Of a DNA stretch of 64,000 bases, positions 27,406 to 36,178 are shown piece after piece (position 1 is the first letter of the stretch; the number at the start of each line of letters is the position of its first letter). The position numbers were made by a program, and so were the translations under genes. The notes under the pieces were generated by a model. The model had not been told where the DNA came from. It saw nothing but the letters and a program-made list of their open reading frames with translations, and made no database searches. This DNA comes from Propionibacteriaceae bacterium (GTDB lineage Bacteria; Actinomycetota; Actinomycetes; Propionibacteriales; Propionibacteriaceae): positions 3,211 through 67,210 of the forward strand of contig JAOPXN010000129.1 in assembly GCA_025965155.1 (NCBI GenBank), in the 5' to 3' direction.

Positions 27406-29232
27406 CTAGGCGCTGACCTTCTTGATCTTGAAGAGCCATCCGATACCGGCGCCCGACCACATCGGCGGGGCGTAGGGATCCTCGGCAGTGGGGAAGCCGG
27501 ACCAGTTGCTCTGGTTGAACTCGAAGAACTCCAGTGGACGGTACATCAACGGCACGACCGGGATCTGCTCGCGGTAGATCTTGTCCAGAGCCTGGTAGGC
27601 CGTCTTCCGCTCTTCGTCGGTCTTGGCCGCTCCAGCGTCGTCGAGCAGCTTCGGCACGTCCGGGTGCTTGAACCGGTTGTAGTTGTAGAACGCCGTCTTG
27701 CCCACCTCGGCGACGCCGCGGTCGTCCAGCATGTCGCGGAAGCGTGACCACGGGCTGGCGGCGCTGACGCCGGAGTAGCTGTACATGCAGAGGTCGAAGT
27801 TGCCGTTCTGCATCTTGTTCTGCATCGTCGGAGCCTGCGGGAACTCCGTCTTGATATCGATTCCCACCTCCTTGGCCGACTTCGCCACGATCTCGCAGGC
27901 GGTGTTCCAGTCCGTCCAGCCGGTGGGGGTGATCAGCGTCCAGCCGCCGAGCTTGGTGCCGTCGGGCAGTACGTAGATCCCGTCGGAACCCTTCTTGGCG
28001 TTCAGCTCCCCCTCCAGGATGGCGACAGCCTTCTCCTTGTCATACGTCCAGCCCTCGGCGTCAACGGCGGCCTGGTCGTAGAACTTGGACTCGTACCCGC
28101 TGGGCAGGATGACACTGGCGTTGGCCGGTTCGGAGTAGTCGGACATAGCCGTGGTCGCGATGTTGGGGTAGTTGATGGCGTGCGCGATGGCCCTGCGGAC
28201 CTTGACGTTGTCCAGGCCCTTCTTGTTGATGTTGAAGATCAACAAAGGCAGGTTGCCAGGTAGGTAATACGGCTTCTCTTTCAGCCAGGTGCCGACCGGC
28301 TTCTGCTTGTCCTCCCACATCTTCCAGATCTGCGCAGTGAACTGCTGGCTGGCGTCGATCTCGCCGCTCTCCAGCTTGAGGTCGCCGTCGTTGTTGCTCT
28401 TGAAGATCGGGTGGTTGATGGTGGTCATGGCCGGAGTGCCGTAGACGGCCTTGCCCCAGTAGTCGTCGTGGCGCTTCAGGTTGACCTGGGTCTGGTCGGC
28501 CTTGTCCATCAGGAACGGGCCGCTGCCGATCGGCTGCAGGTTCGTCTCGGCGGTCAGCTTGTCGACCGGAATCTTGCTCCAGATGGCCTTCGGAATGATC
28601 AAGGTGTTGGCGATGGCGTTGCGCACCGTGCCTGGGTTGTACGGGCTCTTCTTGAGGGTGAACTGAACGGTCCGGGGGTCGGTTGCCTCGATCGAGTCGA
28701 CGTACTCCCACACGTTGGAGTAGGAGAGGCTGGCCTCCTTGGCGATCTGGAAGGTGTAGACGACGTCGTCGGCTGTCAGGTCGGTGCCGTCGGACCACTT
28801 GGTTCCATCCTGCAGCGGGACGGTCATGGTCGTGTCGGTCTCCTGCAGCTCCTTGCCGAGGCCGGGTGCGAGCGAGCCGTCCAGCATGTTGAAGCGGAGC
28901 AGGCTCTCGTAGATGAGCTGGCTCTGGCCGCCGGCGGTCGGCCACTGCGGGGACGGGCCAACCGGGTTGAAGTTGGTCGGCGGGCCCCACTGGAATCCGG
29001 CCACGAACAAGGTGTCACCGGAGGCGCCGGGGCGCCCCTTGCCGCCCTCGGAGCCTGAGCTGCTGCCTGTCTGGGCGGTGCCACAGCCGGCGGCGCCGAC
29101 CCCGACAATCGCTCCACCGGCGGCGAGGCCAGCGAGGGCGAGGAACCGGCGACGGCTGCTTGCCCAGGTGGTGCCCCAGTGGGAGCCGTCGGACGGAGTG
29201 GTGTCGGGGGTGTCGGTCATGGGGTCGTTCAT
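27406..29232 (-). CDS. Family-5 (peptide/nickel/oligosaccharide type) ABC substrate-binding lipoprotein with Tat signal
   Basis: SRRRFLALAGLAAGGAIVGVGAAGC combines a twin-arginine motif with a lipobox. At 608 aa it has typical SBP-5 length. A GGGAGGA RBS sits 6 nt upstream. Confidence 0.88.
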   Translation of the reverse strand: MNDPMTDTPDTTPSDGSHWGTTWASSRRRFLALAGLAAGGAIVGVGAAGCGTAQTGSSSGSEGGKGRPGASGDTLFVAGFQWGPPTNFNPVGPSPQWPTAGGQSQLIYESLLRFNMLDGSLAPGLGKELQETDTTMTVPLQDGTKWSDGTDLTADDVVYTFQIAKEASLSYSNVWEYVDSIEATDPRTVQFTLKKSPYNPGTVRNAIANTLIIPKAIWSKIPVDKLTAETNLQPIGSGPFLMDKADQTQVNLKRHDDYWGKAVYGTPAMTTINHPIFKSNNDGDLKLESGEIDASQQFTAQIWKMWEDKQKPVGTWLKEKPYYLPGNLPLLIFNINKKGLDNVKVRRAIAHAINYPNIATTAMSDYSEPANASVILPSGYESKFYDQAAVDAEGWTYDKEKAVAILEGELNAKKGSDGIYVLPDGTKLGGWTLITPTGWTDWNTACEIVAKSAKEVGIDIKTEFPQAPTMQNKMQNGNFDLCMYSYSGVSAASPWSRFRDMLDDRGVAEVGKTAFYNYNRFKHPDVPKLLDDAGAAKTDEERKTAYQALDKIYREQIPVVPLMYRPLEFFEFNQSNWSGFPTAEDPYAPPMWSGAGIGWLFKIKKVSA

Positions 29233-29590
29233 CTAGATCCTCCCGGAAGTGTGGTGCATGGCTGAAAGGGACTGGCTGCGTGCATCGCGACCTGCCCGAC
29301 TGGCCGTCGGGAAGGTCGTCAAGGGTGGAGTAGTGCTGATGAGGTGGTGATGGCGGCAGTGCCGACGGGGCACCCACGGCTCACGCCGGGGTCCACGATG
29401 GAAAACCGGCGCCGAATCGAAGCTGAGTGTGGAGGGCATGCAGGGGCCGCGGGTCCGATCACCGCGGTATGCATCGTTGCATCGCCTCACTCTCAGCCTC
29501 GTTGCTGTAGCCAACCCATCACTGAACCGGTTCGGTGTCAATCCCAAACGCGTGTTCCCGGGCTACATATTTACCCAAGCGAGACCAAAA

Positions 29591-29604
29591 TGAGAGCGCT
29601 CCTA
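29591..29604. promoter_or_regulatory. Candidate LacI-family (CebR-type) operator
   Basis: TGAGAGCGCTCCTA is a 14-bp near-palindrome with a GAGCGCTC core. Its reverse complement TAGGAGCGCTCTCA is 13/14 identical to the site at 39195-39208. Confidence 0.4.
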
Positions 29605-29937
29605 CGGCCGACCGGCGGGGCCGGTTGCCGATCGCGGGCTCCATCCGCACCGCCGCTACCTGGAGGCCCGGAGTGAATCCATTTTTCAGCCCCTCATGGC
29701 GGCTTGGGCGGCCGCCAGCCGGGTGTCGCCGTTGCGGTGGCCACGACTGGCAACTTTGAGGACTGGGCTCCTCTGTCGGCGCGTCGGGCTCTTTGCCCGG
29801 ATGCTGGAAAACGCATACCCGCTACGGATCTGGACCGAAGACTCGGTTACCGTGAGAGTGACTCATCCGATGAATCCGCCGAGATGGGCTTGACGGAGTC
29901 ACATTCGCGGCACGACTAACGACCGGAGGACCGACGC

Positions 29938-31650
29938 GTGGGCACACCCCAGGAACCGGCTGCTGCAACCCGATGGGACTTCTTCCCGTGGCGGTTCCGC
30001 CGGGACGCGACCGAGGCGGAGCGCGCCGCGCAGCAGCAGCTGCACCAACGACTAGCCGCGGACGGCGCTGAGCTGGCCGACGACTGCTTCATTGCACCCA
30101 GCGCAGCGATCGAGGTCGGTCAGCTGGCAGTCGGAGAACGGGCCTACATTGCCGCGCACGCCTACGTCAGCGGGCAGGTCAGCCTCGGCGCCGACAGCAC
30201 CATGAACCCGTTCACGGTGGTCCGTGGGGCCGTCCGGATCGGACGCGCCGTCCGGATCGGCGCTCACACCTCGCTGCTGGGCTTCAACCACTCCTTCGCC
30301 GAGCTGGACCGGGACATGTTCCGGCAGCCGCACACCAGCGAAGGAATCGTGATCGAGGACGACGTCTGGATCGGTTCCCAGGTGACCATCCTGGACGGCG
30401 TGACCGTCGGCGCGCACAGCGTTATCGGTGCCGGATCGGTGGTTACCAAGGATGTGGCTGCCTGGTCGATCGTGGCCGGTAACCCGGCCCGGCTGATCCG
30501 GGACCGTCGGAGTGCTTCTCGCGCAGCCGCGTCGACCGGCACCAGCTCCGAGCTGGGTCGGCGGTTGACCGAGTTCCAGCAGAAGGTACGTCGGCAGGTG
30601 CCGGTGATCCTGGAGCGTTCCTTCGACCCGGACCTCGGCACAGCCGGGATGTATCGGGACCCGGCCGCGCTCGGTGTGACCGTCCGCGCCCACTGCGACG
30701 CGGTCGAGATCGCGGACCTGATTCTGCAGACCGCCCCGGCCGAGCTGAGCGCTGAGGAGCATGTGGCCCGGCTCCAGTCGTGGCAGTCGGCCTCCTCCGG
30801 GCTGGTGGCTGAGGTAGACCCGAGCGGTGAGCAGACAGAGGAGGCCAAGGGTTTCGGTGAGTACGGTGCCGACTACCACGTGCTCTGCGTCGGCTACGCC
30901 CTGGACGTACTGGGCGGCGAGTTCCCGCACCCGATTATCGCGGCCCAGGACCTGTCGCCCGCGGACCTGGTCCATGCTCTGGGCGCGCTGGACTGGAGAC
31001 ATCGGGCCTGGAGCGCCGGATCCTTCGCCGACACCGTGGGCACCGCCATCCGTTGGAACGCCGGCCGCGGCGCGGCACACCAGCCCGGCATGGTCGAGGC
31101 GCTGTTCGGCTGGCTCACCCTGAACGCGGACCCGGTGACCGGGCTGTGGGGAGCACCCGGTGCCTCCGACGGGTTCCTGCAGCCGGTCAACGGCTTCTAC
31201 CGTGCCAGCCGCGGCACGTTCGCCCAGTTCGACGTCGGCGTACCGCATCCCGAGGCCGTGGTGGACACGGTCCTGCGGCACGCCAAGGACGCCCGCTTCT
31301 TTGGTACGGGGGTAGAGAACGCGTGCAATGTGCTTGACCTGGTGCACCCGCTGTGGCTGATGCGACGCCAGACCACCCACCGCGCCGACGAGGCGAAGGC
31401 GCTGGCGCGTACCTTTGTGGACTTCATCCTGGGCCAGTGGGTGGATGAGCGGGGATTCGCGTTCGCGCCCAGCCGTACCGCCACCGACAGCACCCCGCGG
31501 ACCACACCCGGACTGCAAGGCACCGAGATGTGGCTAGCGGTGCTCTGGCTGGCCGCGGATCTGTGCGGCCTCACCGACGCGATGAGCTATCGCCCCCGCG
31601 GAGTCCACCGCCCCGAGCCTGCTCTGTCGCTTCGGACGCCGCTGGGCTGA
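29938..31650 (+). CDS. Fusion protein: N-terminal left-handed beta-helix (hexapeptide) acyltransferase plus roughly 370-aa C-terminal helical domain of unknown function
   Basis: The N-terminus carries hexapeptide repeats and DDVWIGSQVTILDGVTVGAHSVIGAGSVVTKDVAAWSIVAGNPARLIR. The C-terminal part has repeated amphipathic helix pairs that I could not assign to a family. GGAGGA sits 7 nt before the GTG. Confidence 0.75.
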   Translation: MGTPQEPAAATRWDFFPWRFRRDATEAERAAQQQLHQRLAADGAELADDCFIAPSAAIEVGQLAVGERAYIAAHAYVSGQVSLGADSTMNPFTVVRGAVRIGRAVRIGAHTSLLGFNHSFAELDRDMFRQPHTSEGIVIEDDVWIGSQVTILDGVTVGAHSVIGAGSVVTKDVAAWSIVAGNPARLIRDRRSASRAAASTGTSSELGRRLTEFQQKVRRQVPVILERSFDPDLGTAGMYRDPAALGVTVRAHCDAVEIADLILQTAPAELSAEEHVARLQSWQSASSGLVAEVDPSGEQTEEAKGFGEYGADYHVLCVGYALDVLGGEFPHPIIAAQDLSPADLVHALGALDWRHRAWSAGSFADTVGTAIRWNAGRGAAHQPGMVEALFGWLTLNADPVTGLWGAPGASDGFLQPVNGFYRASRGTFAQFDVGVPHPEAVVDTVLRHAKDARFFGTGVENACNVLDLVHPLWLMRRQTTHRADEAKALARTFVDFILGQWVDERGFAFAPSRTATDSTPRTTPGLQGTEMWLAVLWLAADLCGLTDAMSYRPRGVHRPEPALSLRTPLG

Positions 31651-31694
31651 CCCGGTGAGCGGGAACTGTCAGCCGCAGCGGGCAGAATCAACCC

Positions 31695-33221
31695 ATGCTG
31701 CTGTCCAGGATTGCCCAGACGTCGGTCGCCCTCGCCGCGACGCGCTCCCGGCTGGCCAAGCGTGCGCTGATCGCCGACGTGCTCCGCGATGCCACTGCAG
31801 ACGATGTCGAGATTGTGGTGTCGTACCTGTCCGGCAGCCTGCGGCAGCGGCGGACCGGACTGGGCTGGAAGTCGCTGCAGGACCTGCCTGAGCCAGCGGC
31901 CACGCCGACGCTCACGGTGCAGCAGGTCGACGCCGCCTTCGACCGCATCGCCGCCTTGAGCGGCGCGGGGTCCGTCGCATCCCGGGCCGGTCGGGTCGCC
32001 GAGCTGTTCGCGCAGGCGACTGTTGAGGAGCAGGCGCTGCTGCGAGGGCTGATCTTCTCCGACCTCCGGCAAGGGGCCCTGGAGGCGCAGGTTCAGGAGG
32101 GGTTGGCGGCCGCCTTCGACGTCCCGCTCGCCTCGGTACGTCGGGCCGCGATGCTGCTGTCCTCCACGACTGCCGCGGCCGGACTGCTGGTGTCCGGCGG
32201 TGCCGACGCATTGGACCGTGTCGGGCTTCAGGTGGGTACGGCGGTGCAGCCGATGCTCGCGGCGAGCGCGCCCGACGTCGAAGGCGCATTGGCCAAGACC
32301 GGCCTGCCAGCAGTGGTGGACTACAAGCTGGACGGCATTCGTGTCCAGGTGCACCGGAACGGCGACGAGGTGCACATCTACACCCGGAGCCTGGACGAGA
32401 TCACCAGCCGGCTGCCCGAGGTGGTCGACATGGTGGCCGGGTTGCCGCCCGACCGGCTGGTGCTGGACGGGGAGGTGCTGGCGCTCCGGCCGGACGGCAG
32501 GCCGGAGGCCTTCCAGGTGACCGCCTCGCGGACAGCCACCACCCTCGAGGCTGGATCCACGGCGGCGCGCACCCCGCTGATGGTGGCTTTCTTCGACCTG
32601 CTGCACGTCGACGGAGTCGACCTGCTGGACCGCCCGCTGGCCGAACGGATGGCACAGATGAGGGCGGTGCTGCCGGCCGGGCTGATCGTTCCGCGCGCGG
32701 TCTGCGACGCAGTTGAGGAAGTCGGCGACCTCTTTGTTACGGCGGTCGCTGAGGGGTTCGAGGGCGTGGTGGTGAAGAACCCTGCATCCTCCTACGGCGC
32801 CGGACGCCGTGACTCCTCCTGGGTCAAGCTCAAACCGCGGCACACGTTCGACCTGCTGGTGACCGCGGTGGAGTGGGGGAGTGGTCGCCGGGAGGGCTGG
32901 TTGTCCAACCTGCATCTGGCGGCCCGCGACCCCGAGTCAGGACAGTTGATCATGCTCGGCAAGACCTTCAAGGGACTCACCGACGAGCTGCTCAGCTGGC
33001 AGACCACGCACTTCCTCAGCCTGGAGACCCGCCGGACCGCAGGAGTCGTCTACGTCGAGCCGACCACCGTGGTGGAGATTGCCTGCGACGGTCTGCAGGC
33101 CTCCAGCCGCTACCCGGGTGGGGTGGCGCTCAGGTTTGCCCGAGTGCTCCGCTACCGGACCGACAAGCGGCCCGACGAGGCCGACACGATCCAGACGGTG
33201 AAAGCCCTCGGGGCCGGCTGA
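31695..33221 (+). CDS. ligB: ATP-dependent DNA ligase (LigB-type, with N-terminal DNA-binding domain)
   Basis: Motif I with the adenylation lysine reads VVDYKLDGIRVQVH. EGVVVK and WVKLKP (motifs IV/V) are followed by an OB-fold tail. 508 aa. Confidence 0.88.
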   Translation: MLLSRIAQTSVALAATRSRLAKRALIADVLRDATADDVEIVVSYLSGSLRQRRTGLGWKSLQDLPEPAATPTLTVQQVDAAFDRIAALSGAGSVASRAGRVAELFAQATVEEQALLRGLIFSDLRQGALEAQVQEGLAAAFDVPLASVRRAAMLLSSTTAAAGLLVSGGADALDRVGLQVGTAVQPMLAASAPDVEGALAKTGLPAVVDYKLDGIRVQVHRNGDEVHIYTRSLDEITSRLPEVVDMVAGLPPDRLVLDGEVLALRPDGRPEAFQVTASRTATTLEAGSTAARTPLMVAFFDLLHVDGVDLLDRPLAERMAQMRAVLPAGLIVPRAVCDAVEEVGDLFVTAVAEGFEGVVVKNPASSYGAGRRDSSWVKLKPRHTFDLLVTAVEWGSGRREGWLSNLHLAARDPESGQLIMLGKTFKGLTDELLSWQTTHFLSLETRRTAGVVYVEPTTVVEIACDGLQASSRYPGGVALRFARVLRYRTDKRPDEADTIQTVKALGAG

Positions 33222-33226
33222 CCAGC

Positions 33227-34267
33227 TCAGTCCTGCAGGGCCGGGATGACTTCGCTCTCGAACAGCTCGATGCCACTGCGGTCGTATGCTGCCTCGGCGA
33301 AGTAGGTGATCGCGTAGGTCATGCCGAGCTCCCGCAGGCCGCGCAGCGTGTCGACGATCTTCTCCGGAGTGCCGACGAGCGGTCCGCTCCGCATCTGCTT
33401 CACCGTGTCGGCAGCCTTCGATGGGACGGTCTTGGCGTAGTGCTCGCCGACCCAGTTCAGCCGTTCCTCGACCTCGGCGTCGTTGTTGCCGATCACTACG
33501 TTGTAGTTCGCCGAGCGGGTGATCGCATCGAAGTCGCGGCCCAACGCCGCGCAGTGTTCGGCAAGTACCGCCGACTTGTGCTTGAACCCCTCGGGGCTGC
33601 CATCGAAGTTGGTGTACTGGGCATACTGAGCGGCGATCCGCAGTGTCTTCTTCTCGCCACCGCCGGCGATCCAGAACGGCAGGCTCGGGCCGACGTCGGG
33701 ACCGGCGCCATACTGCAGCGGCTGCGGGTAGCAGCGTGCCCCGTCGACCTGGTAGTACTTGCCGTCCAGGGTGGCGGAACCGGTGCGCCACATCTGCGCC
33801 ATGATCTCGACGCCTTCAGCGAGTGCACCGATCCGGTCCCCGGCGCCCGGAAAGCCGTACCCGTACGCACGCCACTCATGCTCGTACCATCCGGCGCCGA
33901 TGCCCATCTCGGTCCGGCCGCCGCTGACAGTGTCGACCGTGGACGCCACCTTCGCCAGGTAGGCAGGGTTTCGGTACGCGATGCAGGTACACATCTGGCC
34001 AAGTCGAACGCGTTCGGTGACAGCGGCGAAGGCGGCCATCAGGCTCCAGGCCTCGTGCGTCGCCTGCTGCGTGGGCTCCGGCACCGTGTGGAAGTGGTCG
34101 TAGACCCAGATCGACTCCCACGCGTGGCTGTCACCGGGGGCTCCGGCGCCCGCCGGGGCGGTGTCGGCGTACTGAGCCAGTGAGCTCATCACCGCCCACT
34201 GCTCTCGCGGATCGATTCCGACTAGGTCCTGCCGCCAGCCCTGGGGGATGAAAAGTCCGAAGCGCAT
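33227..34267 (-). CDS. Luciferase-like (LLM class) F420-dependent oxidoreductase
   Basis: MRFGLFIPQGWRQDL...AWESIWVYDHF...GGRTEMGIGAGW is typical of LLM/F420 enzymes of the Rv1855c type, as I recall them. Confidence 0.8.
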   Translation of the reverse strand: MRFGLFIPQGWRQDLVGIDPREQWAVMSSLAQYADTAPAGAGAPGDSHAWESIWVYDHFHTVPEPTQQATHEAWSLMAAFAAVTERVRLGQMCTCIAYRNPAYLAKVASTVDTVSGGRTEMGIGAGWYEHEWRAYGYGFPGAGDRIGALAEGVEIMAQMWRTGSATLDGKYYQVDGARCYPQPLQYGAGPDVGPSLPFWIAGGGEKKTLRIAAQYAQYTNFDGSPEGFKHKSAVLAEHCAALGRDFDAITRSANYNVVIGNNDAEVEERLNWVGEHYAKTVPSKAADTVKQMRSGPLVGTPEKIVDTLRGLRELGMTYAITYFAEAAYDRSGIELFESEVIPALQD

Positions 34268-34400
34268 GTCTGCAATCTAACGCCTCGACCCCACGGTGTG
34301 ACCAGGGCTGATGATCATCGATGGACGACTTTCGTCGGTATACCCGACAGCGGGGCGGGTGAGGGCAGCGGCTTCACGGCTCAAACTACGCTGTGCGGCC

Positions 34401-35162
34401 ATGAGCATCCATCTCGTCGGTGGTGGTCGACCTTCAACCCACGACGGCGTGGTCTACGGGCCCTTCGTCAGCGAGGCGGCGACGCACGCAGCCGGACGCG
34501 GTGTGCAACGACCGAGAATCGGCCTGGTTGCGGTCGCCGACGACGATGAGGAGCTGCAGGAGCAGGTCACCCGCTTCACAGCGGTCCTGACCGGCCGAGG
34601 AGAGTGCGACGTGGTCGCGTTCCCGCTCCGACCCGGTGACCGGCTGGAATTAACCAGCCTCGCGTCGTTGGACGGGCTGCTGGTGGCCGGTGGGCTGACC
34701 CCGGCCTATCATCAGGCGTTGATGCCGGCCTCGGACGACATCGCTGGGCTGGTCGCGGGCGGCGTTCCGTACCTGGGTTTCTCCGCCGGCGCAGCCATTG
34801 CCGCCGACCATGCACTGCTGGGCGGGTGGCGTGTGGGTGAGGTCGCAGTCTGCTCCGAGGACAACGCCGAGGACCTTGATCAACTCAGCCTGCAGCCGGG
34901 TCTTGGCCTGGTGCGCAGCACCGTCGACGTGCACGCGGCCCAGTGGGGCAACGTTTCCCGGCTCATCATGGCGATCCGGGACACCGACGGAGTTGATCAA
35001 GGAATGGCGATCGACGAGCACACGGTCTTGATCATCGACGGGACCACCTCGGCCGTCCGGGGAGCTGGCCAGGTGTGGCGGGTGCGACGCAGCGGTCACG
35101 GCTTTGCCGATCGAGAGCTCACCGTAGCGCCGATTGCAGCAGGCCACCGCCTCAGTCTCTGA
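34401..35162 (+). CDS. Peptidase S51-like (cyanophycinase/dipeptidase E family) protein
   Basis: MSIHLVGGG begins the protein. The nucleophile elbow is YLGFSAGAA and the His region is VDVHAAQWG. The start is at the ATG at 34401 within the longer ORF. Confidence 0.65.
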   Translation: MSIHLVGGGRPSTHDGVVYGPFVSEAATHAAGRGVQRPRIGLVAVADDDEELQEQVTRFTAVLTGRGECDVVAFPLRPGDRLELTSLASLDGLLVAGGLTPAYHQALMPASDDIAGLVAGGVPYLGFSAGAAIAADHALLGGWRVGEVAVCSEDNAEDLDQLSLQPGLGLVRSTVDVHAAQWGNVSRLIMAIRDTDGVDQGMAIDEHTVLIIDGTTSAVRGAGQVWRVRRSGHGFADRELTVAPIAAGHRLSL

Positions 35163-35222
35163 CAGGGCTGGCATGCAAAACGGCGCCCACCCGGAGTGGA
35201 CGCCGATTCACATTGGAACAGG

Positions 35223-35846
35223 TCAGGCCTTGACCAGACCCGCCGTCTGAGTCTTGGCCGCGGTGAAGCGCTGTTGCGCGTCGGCCCAGTTGACCACGTT
35301 CCACCAGGCCTTGACGTAGTCGGCCTTGACGTTCTTGTACTGCAGGTAGAACGCGTGCTCCCACATGTCCAGCATGACGATCGGGATCTGGGCGACGGGT
35401 ACGTTGCCCTGCTGGTCGTACAGCTGGACGATGTTGAGTCGCTGACCGAGGGTGTCGTAGGCCAGGATCGACCAGCCGGAGCCCTGGATCGCGTTGGCGT
35501 TGGCCTCGAAATGGGCACGGAACTTGTCGAAGCTGCCGAAGTACTGATCGATTGCCGTCGCCAGGTCGCCGTCCGGCTTGTCGCCGCCGTCGGGGGAGAG
35601 GTTGGGCCAGAAGATGGAGTGGTTGATGTGCCCGCCCAGGTTGAAGGCCAGGGTCTTCTCCAGCCCACCGACACTGCCGAAGGAGTCCTTATCGCGAGCC
35701 TCCTCCAGCTGCTCAAGAGCGGTGTTCACGCCCTTGACGTAGGTGGCGTGGTGCTTGGAGTGGTGCAGCTCCATGATCTCACCGGAGATGTACGGGGCGA
35801 GTGCGCCGTAGTCGTAGGGAAGGTCGGGGAGGTCGTAAGCAGCCAT
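35223..35846 (-). CDS. sodA: Fe/Mn superoxide dismutase
   Basis: [37 protein letters not shown] and [18 protein letters not shown] are present. The start is at the ATG at 35846. Confidence 0.96.
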   Translation of the reverse strand: MAAYDLPDLPYDYGALAPYISGEIMELHHSKHHATYVKGVNTALEQLEEARDKDSFGSVGGLEKTLAFNLGGHINHSIFWPNLSPDGGDKPDGDLATAIDQYFGSFDKFRAHFEANANAIQGSGWSILAYDTLGQRLNIVQLYDQQGNVPVAQIPIVMLDMWEHAFYLQYKNVKADYVKAWWNVVNWADAQQRFTAAKTQTAGLVKA

Positions 35847-36022
35847 GAGTTTCCTCTCGCAGATGTGTTTGATCGTGTGCGTTGAACTCGTTTGGCATCC
35901 TACGCTCGTCGCCGGACGCCGTGCAGGGGGTCGTACACCCCGCGGAGACCGCGCAGTGGCCCGCACTTCACACACGAAGTTGGCACTCTACGCGGGTTAT
36001 AACGTGGGTGCAGTGCCGGGAT

Positions 36023-36038
36023 CCCACGTGCACGTGGG
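36023..36038. promoter_or_regulatory. Perfect 16-bp palindrome upstream of sodA
   Basis: CCCACGTGCACGTGGG is self-complementary over all 16 nt. It lies about 180 nt upstream of the sodA start. Confidence 0.3.
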
Positions 36039-36116
36039 AAACCAACAAAGCCCGAGCCCGGAAATCGGCAAGGGTGGGGCCGGAATGCCAACGAACGCGG
36101 GTGCCGGGAGCCAGAA

Positions 36117-36155
36117 GGGCCGGCGGCGAGCGTCTGTGGACGTCGCTGCCGGCCC
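36117..36155 (-). terminator. Long GC hairpin downstream of the GH81 gene
   Basis: GGGCCGGCGGCGAGCGT-CTGTGG-ACGTCGCTGCCGGCCC forms about 16 bp with one bulge. It starts 24 nt past the stop, and TTCTGG follows on the minus strand. Confidence 0.5.
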
Positions 36156-36178
36156 GACTGGGGACGGTTAGGCCTTGA

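Noticed and set aside
29344-29919. Small ORFs (65-110 aa) inside the 705-bp spacer
   Set aside because: Third-position GC is about 60-70%, against roughly 85-90% in neighbouring genes. The ORFs overlap one another in different frames, lack RBS-like sequences and have no recognisable motifs.
31587-32915. 442-aa minus-strand ORF over ligB
   Set aside because: It is antisense to a ligase with a clear KxDG adenylation motif and has artefactual composition.
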